Origin: Minisyncoccia bacterium
GTDB taxonomy: Bacteria; Patescibacteriota; Minisyncoccia; Phycocordibacterales; UBA918
Assembly: GCA_041736805.1 (NCBI GenBank)
Contig: JBGSSW010000011.1
Coordinates: 18,395 to 82,394 of the forward strand
Reading direction: 5' to 3'
DNA length: 64,000 nt
The translations under genes were made by a program, and so were the position numbers. Positions within the stretch are counted from its first letter, which is position 1; the number at the start of each line of letters is the position of its first letter. The notes under the pieces were generated by a model. The model made no database searches, was not told the DNA's origin, and saw nothing but the letters and a program-made list of their open reading frames with translations. This document shows positions 27,736 to 37,974 of the stretch, piece after piece.

Positions 27736-28635
27736 TTATTTTTTACCGATTACTTTATGTCCACCAAATTGATTGCGCATCGCCGCCACTAATTTGCCTA
27801 AGTATGATTCTTTTTCTCTTGTCATTTTTCTTTGTTGTAAAGCAGCTTCAAGAACTTTTACTTCACCAATTGTGGTTATGTGTTCCATTTCTTCTTCAGT
27901 CTCGCCTCGAGGCACCTCACCAGCAATTAAATCAATTTGTCCTTCGCCGTAGGCTTTAGCTAACCAAGAGACCAGCTTGCTAGTAATAATACTTTCGTTT
28001 TCATAAGGCTTTAACACCTCAGCTAAATCAATACCAAATTTTTCTTCATTATCATGCAGAACGGTCATCCCTTCGGCAATTGCACCCATCATGCCATATT
28101 CAATACCATTATGTATCATCTTAACAAAGTGCCCCGCACCTTCATTACCAACTCTAGCATAGCCGTTTTGGGCTGCTAGAGCTTTAAAGACATGCTCATT
28201 ATCATGGAACACACTTAAAAGCCCCCCGACCATAATTGAAGCTCCATGACGAGCCCCCAGCATGCCGCCAGAAGTGCCGCAATCAAGGTAATTTATTTTT
28301 AGAGCTTTTAATTGCTCGTGCCTTCGAATTGAATCTTTGTAAAAACTATTTCCTCCATCAATAACCGTATCTCCAGGACTAAGTAGTGGTAACAATTCTT
28401 CCAAGATACTATCTACAGCATTGCTAGACACCATCAGCCAAATTAGTTTAGGTGAAGACAAAGACTCAACCATTTTAACCAGAGATGAAGTCCCCTCAAT
28501 CCCAATCTCCGATGCCTCTTTCAAGACTTCTTCGCTACGATTGTAACCAACGACACGATAACCTTTCTCAACTAAATTGGTAGCCATATTCAAACCCATT
28601 CGACCCAAACCAACAAACCCGATTTCTTTTTTCAT
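27736..28635 (-). CDS. gnd: 6-phosphogluconate dehydrogenase (decarboxylating, short type)
   Basis: GLGRMG, IDGGNS, GTSGG, GHFVKMIHNGIEYG, MRNQFGGH. Confidence 0.95.
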   Translation of the reverse strand: MKKEIGFVGLGRMGLNMATNLVEKGYRVVGYNRSEEVLKEASEIGIEGTSSLVKMVESLSSPKLIWLMVSSNAVDSILEELLPLLSPGDTVIDGGNSFYKDSIRRHEQLKALKINYLDCGTSGGMLGARHGASIMVGGLLSVFHDNEHVFKALAAQNGYARVGNEGAGHFVKMIHNGIEYGMMGAIAEGMTVLHDNEEKFGIDLAEVLKPYENESIITSKLVSWLAKAYGEGQIDLIAGEVPRGETEEEMEHITTIGEVKVLEAALQQRKMTREKESYLGKLVAAMRNQFGGHKVIGKK

Positions 28636-28645
28636 GTTAAATAAA

Positions 28646-30067
28646 TTATTTTTCTTCTTTAATAACAGGTCTTTCTGCTCCCTTTTCGTATTTATATAAA
28701 GGCAAGGCTGAAAATGACTCTAATATAGGTGTAATAAAGCTCCAAGCTGCTTCTACTTCCTTACCACTAACGAATCTAGTCTGGTCCCCAATGATACAAT
28801 CATACAAAACTCTTTCGTAAGCTTCTGGTGAACGAAATACCTCAGTCTCATGTTTGGTCAAAACTAATTTTCTCTCTTGAAGTTTAAATTCAAAACTAGG
28901 CTCCTTAACCCACATTGTTAATGAAATGCTTTGTTCTGGAGAAATTGTAATTGTTAAAACATTACGATGACTATGTACTTCGCTCTCAGCTACACAAACA
29001 CAATTATCAATTGGTTTAAAGGTAATTACCGCTTCAGTTAAGGATTGATTTAAGGCTTTACCGGACTCTAATGTCACTTGGACATTTTTCCAAAGCTCAC
29101 TATCAATATGTGTTTCTAATTTAAAATAAGTTTCTGTTTTGCTTTCGGAAGCGACTCCAGACGTTTCTAAATAGCCATCGTATTGAGCTCTTAATCGTAA
29201 ATCAGTGTCGTGAATGGACAAAGATTTCAAAGCTGACAAGCGACTAGCCCGAACTGAGTCTGCTGAATTAATATCAACTGGTTTCATGGTCAGAAGAGAC
29301 AGCATTTGCAACATATGGTTTTGACCAACGTCGCGCAGTGCCCCAATCCCGTCATAAAATGAACCGCGAGTTGAAACATCTTGTTTTTCAAATAATCGTA
29401 GTTTAATTGACTCAATTCTTTCACCGTTCCATGAGTCAGAAATAATACTATTTGCAAATCTTAACGAAATTATATTTTCAATGGCATCTTTGGCTAAATA
29501 ATGATCAATTCGATAGATTTGTTCTTCGGTAAATAACTCACAAAGTTGCTTTTCTAGACTTTGAGCTGTTACTAAATCGCTACCAAAAGGCTTTTCTACC
29601 AACAGCCGAGACCAAGAGCCTAATCCGTCGCAAAGTGACATAGCTTGGCTCTTTTTTAGATTCTCAAATATTTCAGCGTAGAGATTTGGTGGTACAGCTA
29701 AATAAAATAATTTACTTGTGCATTGTCCAACCTCTGTGTCAAAAAGATTTAATTCATCTTTTATCCTTTCGTAGGCTGCTTCATCTGCAAAGCTACCGGA
29801 AGCAAAGCGAACGTGCGAGCAAAAATTAGCCAATTCTTCTTCCTTATATTCACTTACCTTGGTCTTGATACTTTGTCTAGCAAATTGTTGATACTGTTCA
29901 TTTGATAGTTCTTTTCTGGAAAGACCAATAATTGTAAATCGGGTTGGTAATAGTTTGGTCTGGTACAGATTGAAAAGAGCTGGTAATAATTTAGTTTCGG
30001 CCAAATTTCCAGTACCACCAAAAATAACAATTGCTGTTGGGTAGTTTAAGTCATCTTTTTTTGCCAT
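28646..30067 (-). CDS. zwf: Glucose-6-phosphate dehydrogenase
   Basis: IFGGTGNLA, EKPFG, RIDHYLAK, RDVGQNH. Start placed at MAKKDD. Confidence 0.95.
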   Translation of the reverse strand: MAKKDDLNYPTAIVIFGGTGNLAETKLLPALFNLYQTKLLPTRFTIIGLSRKELSNEQYQQFARQSIKTKVSEYKEEELANFCSHVRFASGSFADEAAYERIKDELNLFDTEVGQCTSKLFYLAVPPNLYAEIFENLKKSQAMSLCDGLGSWSRLLVEKPFGSDLVTAQSLEKQLCELFTEEQIYRIDHYLAKDAIENIISLRFANSIISDSWNGERIESIKLRLFEKQDVSTRGSFYDGIGALRDVGQNHMLQMLSLLTMKPVDINSADSVRASRLSALKSLSIHDTDLRLRAQYDGYLETSGVASESKTETYFKLETHIDSELWKNVQVTLESGKALNQSLTEAVITFKPIDNCVCVAESEVHSHRNVLTITISPEQSISLTMWVKEPSFEFKLQERKLVLTKHETEVFRSPEAYERVLYDCIIGDQTRFVSGKEVEAAWSFITPILESFSALPLYKYEKGAERPVIKEEK

Positions 30068-30123
30068 CAAACTATAATACACTTTGAAACCTAGTTCGGA
30101 CACCCCTTTATTTTTCAAGTAAA

Positions 30124-30159
30124 AGTAAAAGCCCACCGCTTACGCGATGGGCTTTTACT
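30124..30159 (-). terminator. Terminator after clpB
   Basis: AGTAAAAGCCCA..GC-TTAC-GC..TGGGCTTTTACT. Confidence 0.7.
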
Positions 30160-30162
30160 AGT

Positions 30163-32871
30163 CTAGGCAGCCACCATATCTCTCTTACTAACTACTTTTT
30201 TCTTTGTTTTGTTAGCTTTATTCTTTACTCCTTGTCTTTTGACTTCAAATTGTAGTTCGTCCTTTTTTACCGAAACCTTTACAAATCCTCTTTGTAACAT
30301 CCCTTCACCGACCATCATATTTGCTACCGGTGTCAAAATCCTACTTTGAATCACTCGCTTTAATGGTCTAGCCCCAAACTTTGGATCGTAACCTTGCTTA
30401 GCCAAGTAATCTAATACATCATCTGTAACAGAAAGTGCAATTTCCTTTTTCTCCAAACGCTTTCTTACATCCTCAATTTGAATATCAACAATACTGCGAA
30501 TTGTAGTTGGGGAAAGAATGTCAAAAATAATTATTTCATCCAACCGGTTCAAGAATTCTGGACGGAAGAATAATTTCAAACTATCCATAACCTTATCCTT
30601 GGCTTGTGTATACTGGGCAACATCTCCCTTATCGGAAGCAAAACCGAAACTAGACATACGGTCTATATGCTCAGCTCCAATATTGGAAGTCATAATAATT
30701 ACAGTATTACGGAAATTTACTTTACGTCCCTTGGCGTCAGTTAGATGGCCTGAGTCTAGTACTTGTAACAAAATATTAAAGACTTCAGGATGAGCCTTTT
30801 CAATCTCATCCAACAAAATAACTGAGTATGGCCGGTGACGCACTCTTTCAGTAATCGAACCTCCTTCTTCATGACCCACATATCCAGGTGGAGAGCCAAT
30901 AATTTTTGAAACTGAATGTTTCTCCATAAACTCAGACATATCAATACGAACCAATGAATCAGGGTCGTTGAACATAAATTCAGTCAAAGCTCTTGAGAGT
31001 TCTGTTTTACCAACTCCGGTTGGACCCAAAAATAGAAATGACCCAATTGGCCTATTAGGATCAGAGATGCCGGCTCGCGAACGTTTGATAGCATCAGCGA
31101 CTAGTTTAATGGCGTGTGTTTGTCCGACTACTTTTTCTTTTAAGAAATCTTCCATGCGAGACAACTTCATGGCTTCAGCCTCTAGCATTCTTGATACTGG
31201 AATACCAGTCCAGCGTGAAACCACTCCAGCAATGTCTTCTTCAGTCACCTCTTCTTTTAACAATCTTCGATTATGCTGTAGTTTCTTTAATTTCTTTAAT
31301 TTTTCATCCAATTCACGCTGAGTAGAAGGAATTGAATCGTAGCGAATTTCAGCAGCCTTAGTTAAGTCAGCAATAGCTTCAGCATTTTCAGCCTCAACTC
31401 TTAATTCTTCCAACTCTTTCTTTAATCTACTTATTTCACCTAAAGCTGCTCTTTCGTTAATCCACTTTGTTTCGATTGCTGAAGTAGTTTCTTTTAAATC
31501 ACCAACTTCTCTTTCGATTTCCTTTATCCTTTCTTTAATTTTCTTTTTATTTTCAGAAATTTCTACTTCTTTGCGCAAAGCTTCTCGTTCTATTTCCAAA
31601 CGACGCACTTTTCGGTCAGCGATCACCAATTCTTCAGGCTTATTCTCTAGAGAAATACGTAAAGCTGAAGCAGCCTCATCAATCAAATCCACTGCCTTAT
31701 CAGGCAAGAAACGGTCAGAAATATACCTTGAAGAAAGGTTTACGGCTGAGACAATGGCGTCATCACTAATACGAACCCCGTGGAATAACTCATACTTTTC
31801 TGACAGACCACGTAAAATCGCAATCGCATCTTCCGGAGATGGTTCGTTTACAAACACGGGCTGAAAGCGCCTTGTTAGGGCTGGGTCTTTTTCAATATGT
31901 TTTTGGTATTCTTTAAGAGTCGTAGCGCCAATCACTCTCATTTCTCCCCGAGCCAAAGCTGGCTTTAGCATATTTGAAGCATCCATTGAACCCTCGGCCT
32001 GACCCGCTCCCACAATTGTATGTAATTCATCAATAAATAAAATCACTCCGCCATTTGAAGCTTCAACCTCTTTCATAACTGACTTCAACCTATCTTCAAA
32101 TTCACCCCGAAACTTTGTTCCAGCCACCAAGAGACCCAAGTCCAAAGATAAAATTTCTTTATCTTTAACTGATTCTGGCACTTGACCAAGGACAACCTGT
32201 TGAGCCAATCCTTCAGCAATTGCGGTCTTGCCGACACCGGCTTCTCCAATCAAAACTGGATTATTTTTGGTGCGACGTGAAAGAATTTGTATCACTCGCT
32301 GGATTTCCATATCACGACCAATTACTGGATCGAGTTTGTTTTCTTGAGCTAACTTAGTCAGGTTTCTAGTGTACTTTGTGAGAGCGCGATATTTTTTGGG
32401 AGCATGAACATCTGAGGCACTACTATGCTCTCTGATTTCCTTTACCGTACGAACCACTTTTTCTTTTTCTACCCCCATACGCTGCAGCATTTCCGCTGCT
32501 GGACCGGGATGTTCTAAAGTAGCAATAAATAAATGCTCAACTCCAACATAAGAATCTCCCATTTGTTCTGCCAATTGTCCAGAAAATTCTAACGCCTTGG
32601 CTAGTTCAGGAGTTAGGTATAGTTGATAAGAGGGCGAAATGGTAGTTTGGGCCTCAGCCGCCTCCAAAGCTTCAAGTAGCAAATCTGTGAACGCAATAAT
32701 ATCAATATCTAAACGGTCTAACACGGAAATCACAGTACTTTCATCTTGCATGGCTAAAGCAGTCAAAAGATGAATTGGGCTGACATGATTTTGTCCACGC
32801 TCAATAGCAAGCTCATGGGCTTTTCTAATTGCTTCCTTTGCTTTTGATGTAAAATTTTGAAAATTAGGCAT
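30163..32871 (-). CDS. clpB: ATP-dependent chaperone ClpB
   Basis: Clp-N domain, two AAA+ modules ([16 protein letters not shown]) and a long coiled-coil M-domain. Confidence 0.93.
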   Translation of the reverse strand: MPNFQNFTSKAKEAIRKAHELAIERGQNHVSPIHLLTALAMQDESTVISVLDRLDIDIIAFTDLLLEALEAAEAQTTISPSYQLYLTPELAKALEFSGQLAEQMGDSYVGVEHLFIATLEHPGPAAEMLQRMGVEKEKVVRTVKEIREHSSASDVHAPKKYRALTKYTRNLTKLAQENKLDPVIGRDMEIQRVIQILSRRTKNNPVLIGEAGVGKTAIAEGLAQQVVLGQVPESVKDKEILSLDLGLLVAGTKFRGEFEDRLKSVMKEVEASNGGVILFIDELHTIVGAGQAEGSMDASNMLKPALARGEMRVIGATTLKEYQKHIEKDPALTRRFQPVFVNEPSPEDAIAILRGLSEKYELFHGVRISDDAIVSAVNLSSRYISDRFLPDKAVDLIDEAASALRISLENKPEELVIADRKVRRLEIEREALRKEVEISENKKKIKERIKEIEREVGDLKETTSAIETKWINERAALGEISRLKKELEELRVEAENAEAIADLTKAAEIRYDSIPSTQRELDEKLKKLKKLQHNRRLLKEEVTEEDIAGVVSRWTGIPVSRMLEAEAMKLSRMEDFLKEKVVGQTHAIKLVADAIKRSRAGISDPNRPIGSFLFLGPTGVGKTELSRALTEFMFNDPDSLVRIDMSEFMEKHSVSKIIGSPPGYVGHEEGGSITERVRHRPYSVILLDEIEKAHPEVFNILLQVLDSGHLTDAKGRKVNFRNTVIIMTSNIGAEHIDRMSSFGFASDKGDVAQYTQAKDKVMDSLKLFFRPEFLNRLDEIIIFDILSPTTIRSIVDIQIEDVRKRLEKKEIALSVTDDVLDYLAKQGYDPKFGARPLKRVIQSRILTPVANMMVGEGMLQRGFVKVSVKKDELQFEVKRQGVKNKANKTKKKVVSKRDMVAA

Positions 32872-32982
32872 AGTTCAAACTTGATTATACGACACGTTGT
32901 TACAAGACAGAAAAATGGCTGTGCTTAAACAATCAGATACTTTATTATACGTGTTCGTTTCCTCTATATTGCAACGAAAAAA

Positions 32983-34191
32983 CTAGTTGGTCAAGTTATT
33001 CATTTTTTTGAAGTATTTCACCAAAACAACTAGAACATTCTGCATATCTGATTTTGTTGTCTCTTCTCCTAGAGATAAACGTAAAGTTGATTTGGCTCTT
33101 TCACTATTCCCTGTCATTGCTAAGACTACTGCGCTTTCTCCACCATCAGCCCCAGCACAAGCACTTTTAGTACTAACAGATATACCATTAGTATCTAAGT
33201 AAATCACCGCAAACTCGGTATCAAGTTTTGGTAAGGAAATATTTATATTATTAGGTAAACGATTTTCACCATCAGGACCATTTAATAAAGCTTCGGGTAA
33301 AGCAGCTTGTAGCTCAACAATAAAAGCCTCTCTGATCGCTTGGACTTTTTTTGCTCGCTCTGAATAATTCACTTGAGCAATTTCTAAAGCTTTTGCTGCT
33401 CCGACAATTCCAGCCACATTTTCTGTCCCCGGTCGCAGCCCAGACTCCTGTCCCCCACCATACAAAATTGGTGACAAAGCAGTCAAAGAGCGGTTCGCTA
33501 AAATACCGACCCCTTTTGGTCCATTACATTTTCCGACATCTAGCGACATCATATCTACTCCCAATCTTTCTAACTCACAAGGTAACCAGAGTGGAGCCTG
33601 GGCCGCATCTATGTGTAATGAAATTTTAGTATTATTTTCTCTTTCGTATTTTCTTACTACTCTGGCTAAACGAGATACGGCTTGAACTGTACCAACTTCA
33701 CTATTAGCATACGCAAAAGTAATCAATTTGGTTCTAGAGCTCAAAACACTACTCAAGGCCTCAACTGTGACTTTACCTTCACTATCAATGGGCACATATT
33801 TAATCACGGCCCCTTTGTTTATTAAAAGTGGTAGTAATTCAGTAATTGAAGGGTGTTCAATTTTTGTGGTAATTATCTCAATCTCTTTATACGCCAACCC
33901 CTGAATATTGTGAAGATTTTCTACAAAACCCAAGATGGCTAAATTGTTACTCTCTGTACCCCCAGAGGTAAAGACTACTTCGCTTGCTTTTATTCCTAGT
34001 ATCGAGGCTACTTTTTCTCTAGCTGACTCAACGGCCTGCCTTGCTTGTACCCCTTCAAAATGAACAGCACTTGGATTACCAAAAGTATCTTCCCAAAATG
34101 GCAACATTACTTCCTTCACCTGTGGGTGTATTGGCGTAGCCGCGGCGTGATCAAGATAAATTCGCTTTTTTTTAGGCTTAGTGAAAAACAT
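32983..34191 (-). CDS. iscS: Cysteine desulfurase (IscS/NifS class I)
   Basis: YLDHAAATP, FTSGGTESNN, HIDAAQ, K..GPKG, RPGTEN, SAC. Confidence 0.92.
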   Translation of the reverse strand: MFFTKPKKKRIYLDHAAATPIHPQVKEVMLPFWEDTFGNPSAVHFEGVQARQAVESAREKVASILGIKASEVVFTSGGTESNNLAILGFVENLHNIQGLAYKEIEIITTKIEHPSITELLPLLINKGAVIKYVPIDSEGKVTVEALSSVLSSRTKLITFAYANSEVGTVQAVSRLARVVRKYERENNTKISLHIDAAQAPLWLPCELERLGVDMMSLDVGKCNGPKGVGILANRSLTALSPILYGGGQESGLRPGTENVAGIVGAAKALEIAQVNYSERAKKVQAIREAFIVELQAALPEALLNGPDGENRLPNNINISLPKLDTEFAVIYLDTNGISVSTKSACAGADGGESAVVLAMTGNSERAKSTLRLSLGEETTKSDMQNVLVVLVKYFKKMNNLTN

Positions 34192-34390
34192 TTCAAAATC
34201 ATGACACAAGGTGAAAAATATGTAAATCTTTGCTATACTGCCTGCACTTATTTATTAGTACGCCATTTTAAGGCTTTTTAAATGAACAAACGAGCACACC
34301 AGTGCGACTATTGTGAATTTATACCGTTGCCTCGACAGATTCGACCTCATAGAGAGAATCTGTCGAGGCAATCAGTTGCTTGTACACACC

Positions 34391-35890
34391 ATGAAAAAAC
34401 AAAAAAATAACAAGGAAAATATAGTTAAGCGACCGCCGATTGTGGTTGTGATGGGTCATATTGACCATGGCAAATCTACACTATTAGACTACATTCGTAA
34501 AAGTAACGTGGTTGACGCTGAAGCTGGCGGAATCACCCAACACCTTTCAGCTTACGTAGTTAGTCACAAGACCAAGGAAGGTAGTAATGAGCAAATAACT
34601 TTCTTAGACACTCCAGGCCACGAAGCCTTCCAGAAAATGCGTCTGCGTGGAGCTGATGTGGCCGACATCGCGATTTTGGTTGTTTCAGCGGAAGATGGTG
34701 TTAAACCACAAACTCTAGAAGCACTTAACTCCATCAAGCAAGCTAATATTCCTTACATTGTTGCTATCAACAAAATTGACAAGCCTGGTGCTGATATTGT
34801 TCGTACTCAATCTAGTCTGATTGAGAATGAAATCTACGTTGAAGGTATGGGTGGGGATATACCTTGGGTTGGTGTTTCCGCTAAGTCTGGTGAAGGAATT
34901 CATGAACTACTAGATTTAGTAATTCTCTCAGCAGAATTAGTGGGGTTGACGGGAGACACTAACGCCGCCGCCGTTGGACAAATTATCGAAGGACGTCTTG
35001 ATCCCAAACGAGGCAATACGGCCACTTTAATTGTAAAAGACGGGACCTTAAAAAAAGGTACTTTTGTAGTAGCAGGGACTTCATACACTCCGGTTCGCAT
35101 TATGGAAGATGACCTGGGTAAAACAATTTCTGAAGCCGGCCCATCTGTTCCAGTCGGAATAGTTGGTTTTAATGAAACTCCAGCTATTGGTACCAACTTC
35201 TACACTGTTAACTCAAAAAAAGAAGCTGAAGTAGCTATTGAAGCAAATCAAACTAAGCCAGCTGAGTATGTCCGCCAAGTGAACTCATTGCCAACTATCC
35301 CGATTCTAATTAAAGCCGATGTATTGGGTACAATTGAAGCCATTGAACACGAGCTTAGTAAATTTACTTCTGACCGTATTGCCGTAAGAATTATCAGTAC
35401 TGGAGTGGGAGACATCACCTCAAACGACATTCAAAATGTTAGCGCGACCAAAAACTCAATCGTGGTAGGTTTTAATGTAAAAGTCGAAAGACAAGCAGCT
35501 GAACTAGCAGAAAGATTAGGGGTTGAAATCGATACTTTTAGTATCATCTATGAATTATCTGATTGGTTAAACACGGCCCTAAAAAACCGCACTCCTCAAA
35601 TTGAAGAAATGAAAGTTACCGGAAAAGTAAAAGTACTAAAATTCTTTAGTACGCAAAAGAATCTTCATGTTTTAGGAGCCCGTGTAGAGGAAGGAATGAT
35701 AAAAATGAATCAAAAAGTAAAAATCACACGTCGTGATATTGAAGTTGGTAAAGGAACAATAAAAAATCTGCAGCAGTACAAATCTGACGTACAACATGTT
35801 GAAGAGGGTGAATTTGGACTCCAATTAGAAACCAAGAATGAAGTTGCGCCTGGTGACCACCTAGAACCGTACGATCTAATAATTACATAA
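34391..35890 (+). CDS. infB: Translation initiation factor IF-2 (lacks the long N-terminal domain)
   Basis: [29 protein letters not shown]. Confidence 0.97.
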   Translation: MKKQKNNKENIVKRPPIVVVMGHIDHGKSTLLDYIRKSNVVDAEAGGITQHLSAYVVSHKTKEGSNEQITFLDTPGHEAFQKMRLRGADVADIAILVVSAEDGVKPQTLEALNSIKQANIPYIVAINKIDKPGADIVRTQSSLIENEIYVEGMGGDIPWVGVSAKSGEGIHELLDLVILSAELVGLTGDTNAAAVGQIIEGRLDPKRGNTATLIVKDGTLKKGTFVVAGTSYTPVRIMEDDLGKTISEAGPSVPVGIVGFNETPAIGTNFYTVNSKKEAEVAIEANQTKPAEYVRQVNSLPTIPILIKADVLGTIEAIEHELSKFTSDRIAVRIISTGVGDITSNDIQNVSATKNSIVVGFNVKVERQAAELAERLGVEIDTFSIIYELSDWLNTALKNRTPQIEEMKVTGKVKVLKFFSTQKNLHVLGARVEEGMIKMNQKVKITRRDIEVGKGTIKNLQQYKSDVQHVEEGEFGLQLETKNEVAPGDHLEPYDLIIT

Positions 35891-35898
35891 TCTCTCTT

Positions 35899-36258
35899 AT
35901 GTCAGACCGTCATCTTCGTGTAGAATCCTTGATTAGAGAACTAGTAGCTAGCTTTATTCAGCAAGAGGCAAATACTGATCCTTTGATTACAGTTACTCGA
36001 ACTTCGACTTCTCCTGATTATCGTCGGGTAACAATTTTCTTTACTACTATTCCCGATGGCCGCGAAGAAGATGCTTTAAATTTCTTGAAGCGTTGCGGAA
36101 GTGAACTTCGCGGTTACATCAAAAAGAAGAGTAATCTGAAAATAATACCCTTTATTGAGTTCAGTGTTGATTATGGAGAACGTCACAGGCAAGACATCGA
36201 TGTTATTGCCAGAGAAATAGAAGACCAAGCAAATAAATCGTCTGAGGGCAGAGTCTAA
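35899..36258 (+). CDS. rbfA: Ribosome-binding factor A
   Basis: R..RV...I...ITVT....SPD....P...F..D; follows infB. Confidence 0.9.
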   Translation: MSDRHLRVESLIRELVASFIQQEANTDPLITVTRTSTSPDYRRVTIFFTTIPDGREEDALNFLKRCGSELRGYIKKKSNLKIIPFIEFSVDYGERHRQDIDVIAREIEDQANKSSEGRV

Positions 36259-36309
36259 TACTTTTGTTTTAGTCGAAAAAAATGCTAAAGTAGTGCGTAC
36301 AGAAATTAA

Positions 36310-36382
36310 GTCCTGGTGGCGAAGTGGTTAACGCTGCGGTTTGCAAAACCGCCATACGTGGGTTCAACTCCCACCCAGGACT
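36310..36382 (+). tRNA. tRNA-Cys(GCA)
   Basis: GTCCTGG/CCAGGAC, GCGGT-TTGCAAA-ACCGC, U73. Confidence 0.95.
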
Positions 36383-36480
36383 CAAGTGTTTGCCGCGGCA
36401 AACACGAGTTCTGGGTGGGAGTTGAAAAGCGAGCGATGTGAGGTGCTTTTCATTAAGCAACCGAACCAGCGAGCTATGGT
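36383..36480 (+). repeat. tRNA-Cys trailer with an antisense copy of its 3' end
   Basis: GTGTTTGC-CGCG-GCAAACAC, then GAGTTCTGGGTGGGAGTTGAA, complementary to TTCAACTCCCACCCAGGACTC. Confidence 0.85.
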
Positions 36481-36570
36481 CAAGCAAATAAGTTTATTTG
36501 TGAGTCATCAGACGAAACAAATAACCATGAAAGTGACCGACCCCCATTAGCAGAGATAATATATTGCTGT

Positions 36571-36654
36571 GCCCAGATGGTGTAATTGGTAGCCACGCAA
36601 GACTTAAAATTTTGTGGTCGCAAGGCCGTGCGGGTTCGATTCCCGCTCTGGGCA
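36571..36654 (+). tRNA. tRNA-Leu(TAA)
   Basis: GCCCAGA/TCTGGGC, CAAGA-CTTAAAA-TTTTG, long variable arm. Confidence 0.95.
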
Positions 36655-37065
36655 CCTAAAATTAAAGACCTTATTCCTTTTAGGATAGGGTCTTTAATTT
36701 TAGGCGAGGGAGTCGAAAAGCTTTTGAGATAGATTGACTGAAAGGAAATATATCCAAAAGGTGTACCGAACATGTAATGTTCGATTCCCGCTCTGGGCAC
36801 AATAATAAAAGATGACGGACAAATTGTCCGTCATCTTTTATTATTGCTAGCGGAAATCGAAGCCTGATTGAGCTTGATTATGAGCTTGCGAAATAATCAA
36901 GCCAATTGGGATACTGCTTCTGTAAGAAGCGATTCCCAGCAAGGTGGCCAGAGCGAGAATCGAAAAGCGGAGCAATGTTAACTTGTGAGCCAGTGTACCA
37001 GGACCCCGGAACACTTAGTAAATTTGAGCCGAAGACTAAAAATATACTTAGTCACGCGCGACCTA
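36655..37065 (+). repeat. Tandem trailer units after tRNA-Leu(TAA), with a perfect 22-bp direct repeat of the tRNA 3' end
   Basis: GTTCGATTCCCGCTCTGGGCAC at 36634-36655 and 36779-36800. Long hairpins. Antisense remnants include GGCCAGAGCGAGAATCGAA (36946-36964). Confidence 0.85.
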
Positions 37066-37153
37066 TTTATTTTTATACATCTTAATTAGTCCTTGCAAAG
37101 CAATCCCCCTAACCTTGTTTAAAGAAAATATATATTGTACACTTCTTTCCATT

Positions 37154-37226
37154 GCGCCCTTAGCTCAGCTGGTAGAGCAGCTCCCTCTTAAGGAGAAGGT
37201 CCAAGGTTCGATCCCTTGAGGGCGCA
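37154..37226 (+). tRNA. tRNA-Lys(CTT)
   Basis: GCGCCCT/AGGGCGC, CTCC-CTCTTAA-GGAG, TTCGATC T-loop. Confidence 0.93.
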
Positions 37227-37570
37227 CTAGAGCAAAACAACAAGACCATTATTCAATTGAATAATGGTCTTGTTGTTTTAGTACCTGCCCCGAGGCAGGT
37301 ACGGCTCTAGTGCGAACTGGAACGATGTGAGTTTGCGAACGAGTGGTAAAACAGTGTCTACACAATGTTTTACGGGTCGAGAAAATTTCTGAAAGAAATT
37401 ATTCGTGACCACATGTGCGCCTCAATATAGCCAATTGGGATACTGCCCTCGTAGAGGGAGATACCCCTTGAGGTATCAGTTTAAGTCACTGACTAACAAA
37501 TATACTTAGTAACTTGTGTCAGACGTTATACTTAATGCCCACGAACAGTTGACTTTTAACTCGTGACTAC
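37227..37570 (+). repeat. tRNA-Lys trailer element
   Basis: CGCACTAGAGC...GCTCTAGTGCG encloses two hairpins. Carries the shared 63-nt block, the GGTC-GA-GAA..TTC-GT-GACC hairpin and the GATACT-stem motif. Confidence 0.85.
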
Positions 37571-37651
37571 AAACATATCTATGTATATTTAATTATTTAA
37601 ATTCATCCTCTCGCCATCTCCTCATTTTATGATATACTCTTCCCCACACCC

Positions 37652-37733
37652 GCGTGGGTGGCGAAATTGGTAGACGCGTTAGTCTTAGGAACTAATAGGG
37701 TAACCTGTGGAGGTTCAAGTCCTCTCCCACGCA
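37652..37733 (+). tRNA. tRNA-Leu(TAG)
   Basis: GCGTGGG/CCCACGC, TTAGT-CTTAGGA-ACTAA, long variable arm. Confidence 0.95.
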
Positions 37734-37875
37734 CAAATCGACAGACTCAGAAATTTTGTTTCTGAGTCTTTGTCGTTTGTAGTGAGGGAGAGGACTTGAA
37801 AGACGGAGCCGGGGCCCCTTTGGGCCGGCGAGTCCGGGTCGAGAAAATTTCTAAAAGAAATTATTCGTGACCAAG
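37734..37875 (+). repeat. tRNA-Leu(TAG) trailer element
   Basis: Hairpin, then GGGAGAGGACTTGAA (antisense to TTCAAGTCCTCTCCC), then the GGTC...GACC hairpin at 37837-37872. Confidence 0.85.
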
Positions 37876-37974
37876 TCTTTTTCTCACAAAAGCTATCTAC
37901 TAATTAGCTCAAATTCCTCCGTCATTGAGACAGTATACTCATTGGCTAAAATTTTTCCTTATTCTAAATTATTA

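Noticed and set aside
34391-35890. Short IF2, four-domain S1 and ValRS without the coiled-coil arm as novelties
   Set aside because: Such truncated forms are known in reduced genomes and all catalytic motifs are intact.
36269-36800. ORFs spanning the tRNA-Cys/Leu region
   Set aside because: Translations of tRNA and palindromic sequence.
36634-37570. Possible CRISPR array
   Set aside because: The repeats are tRNA-derived, irregularly spaced and few, and no cas genes are present.
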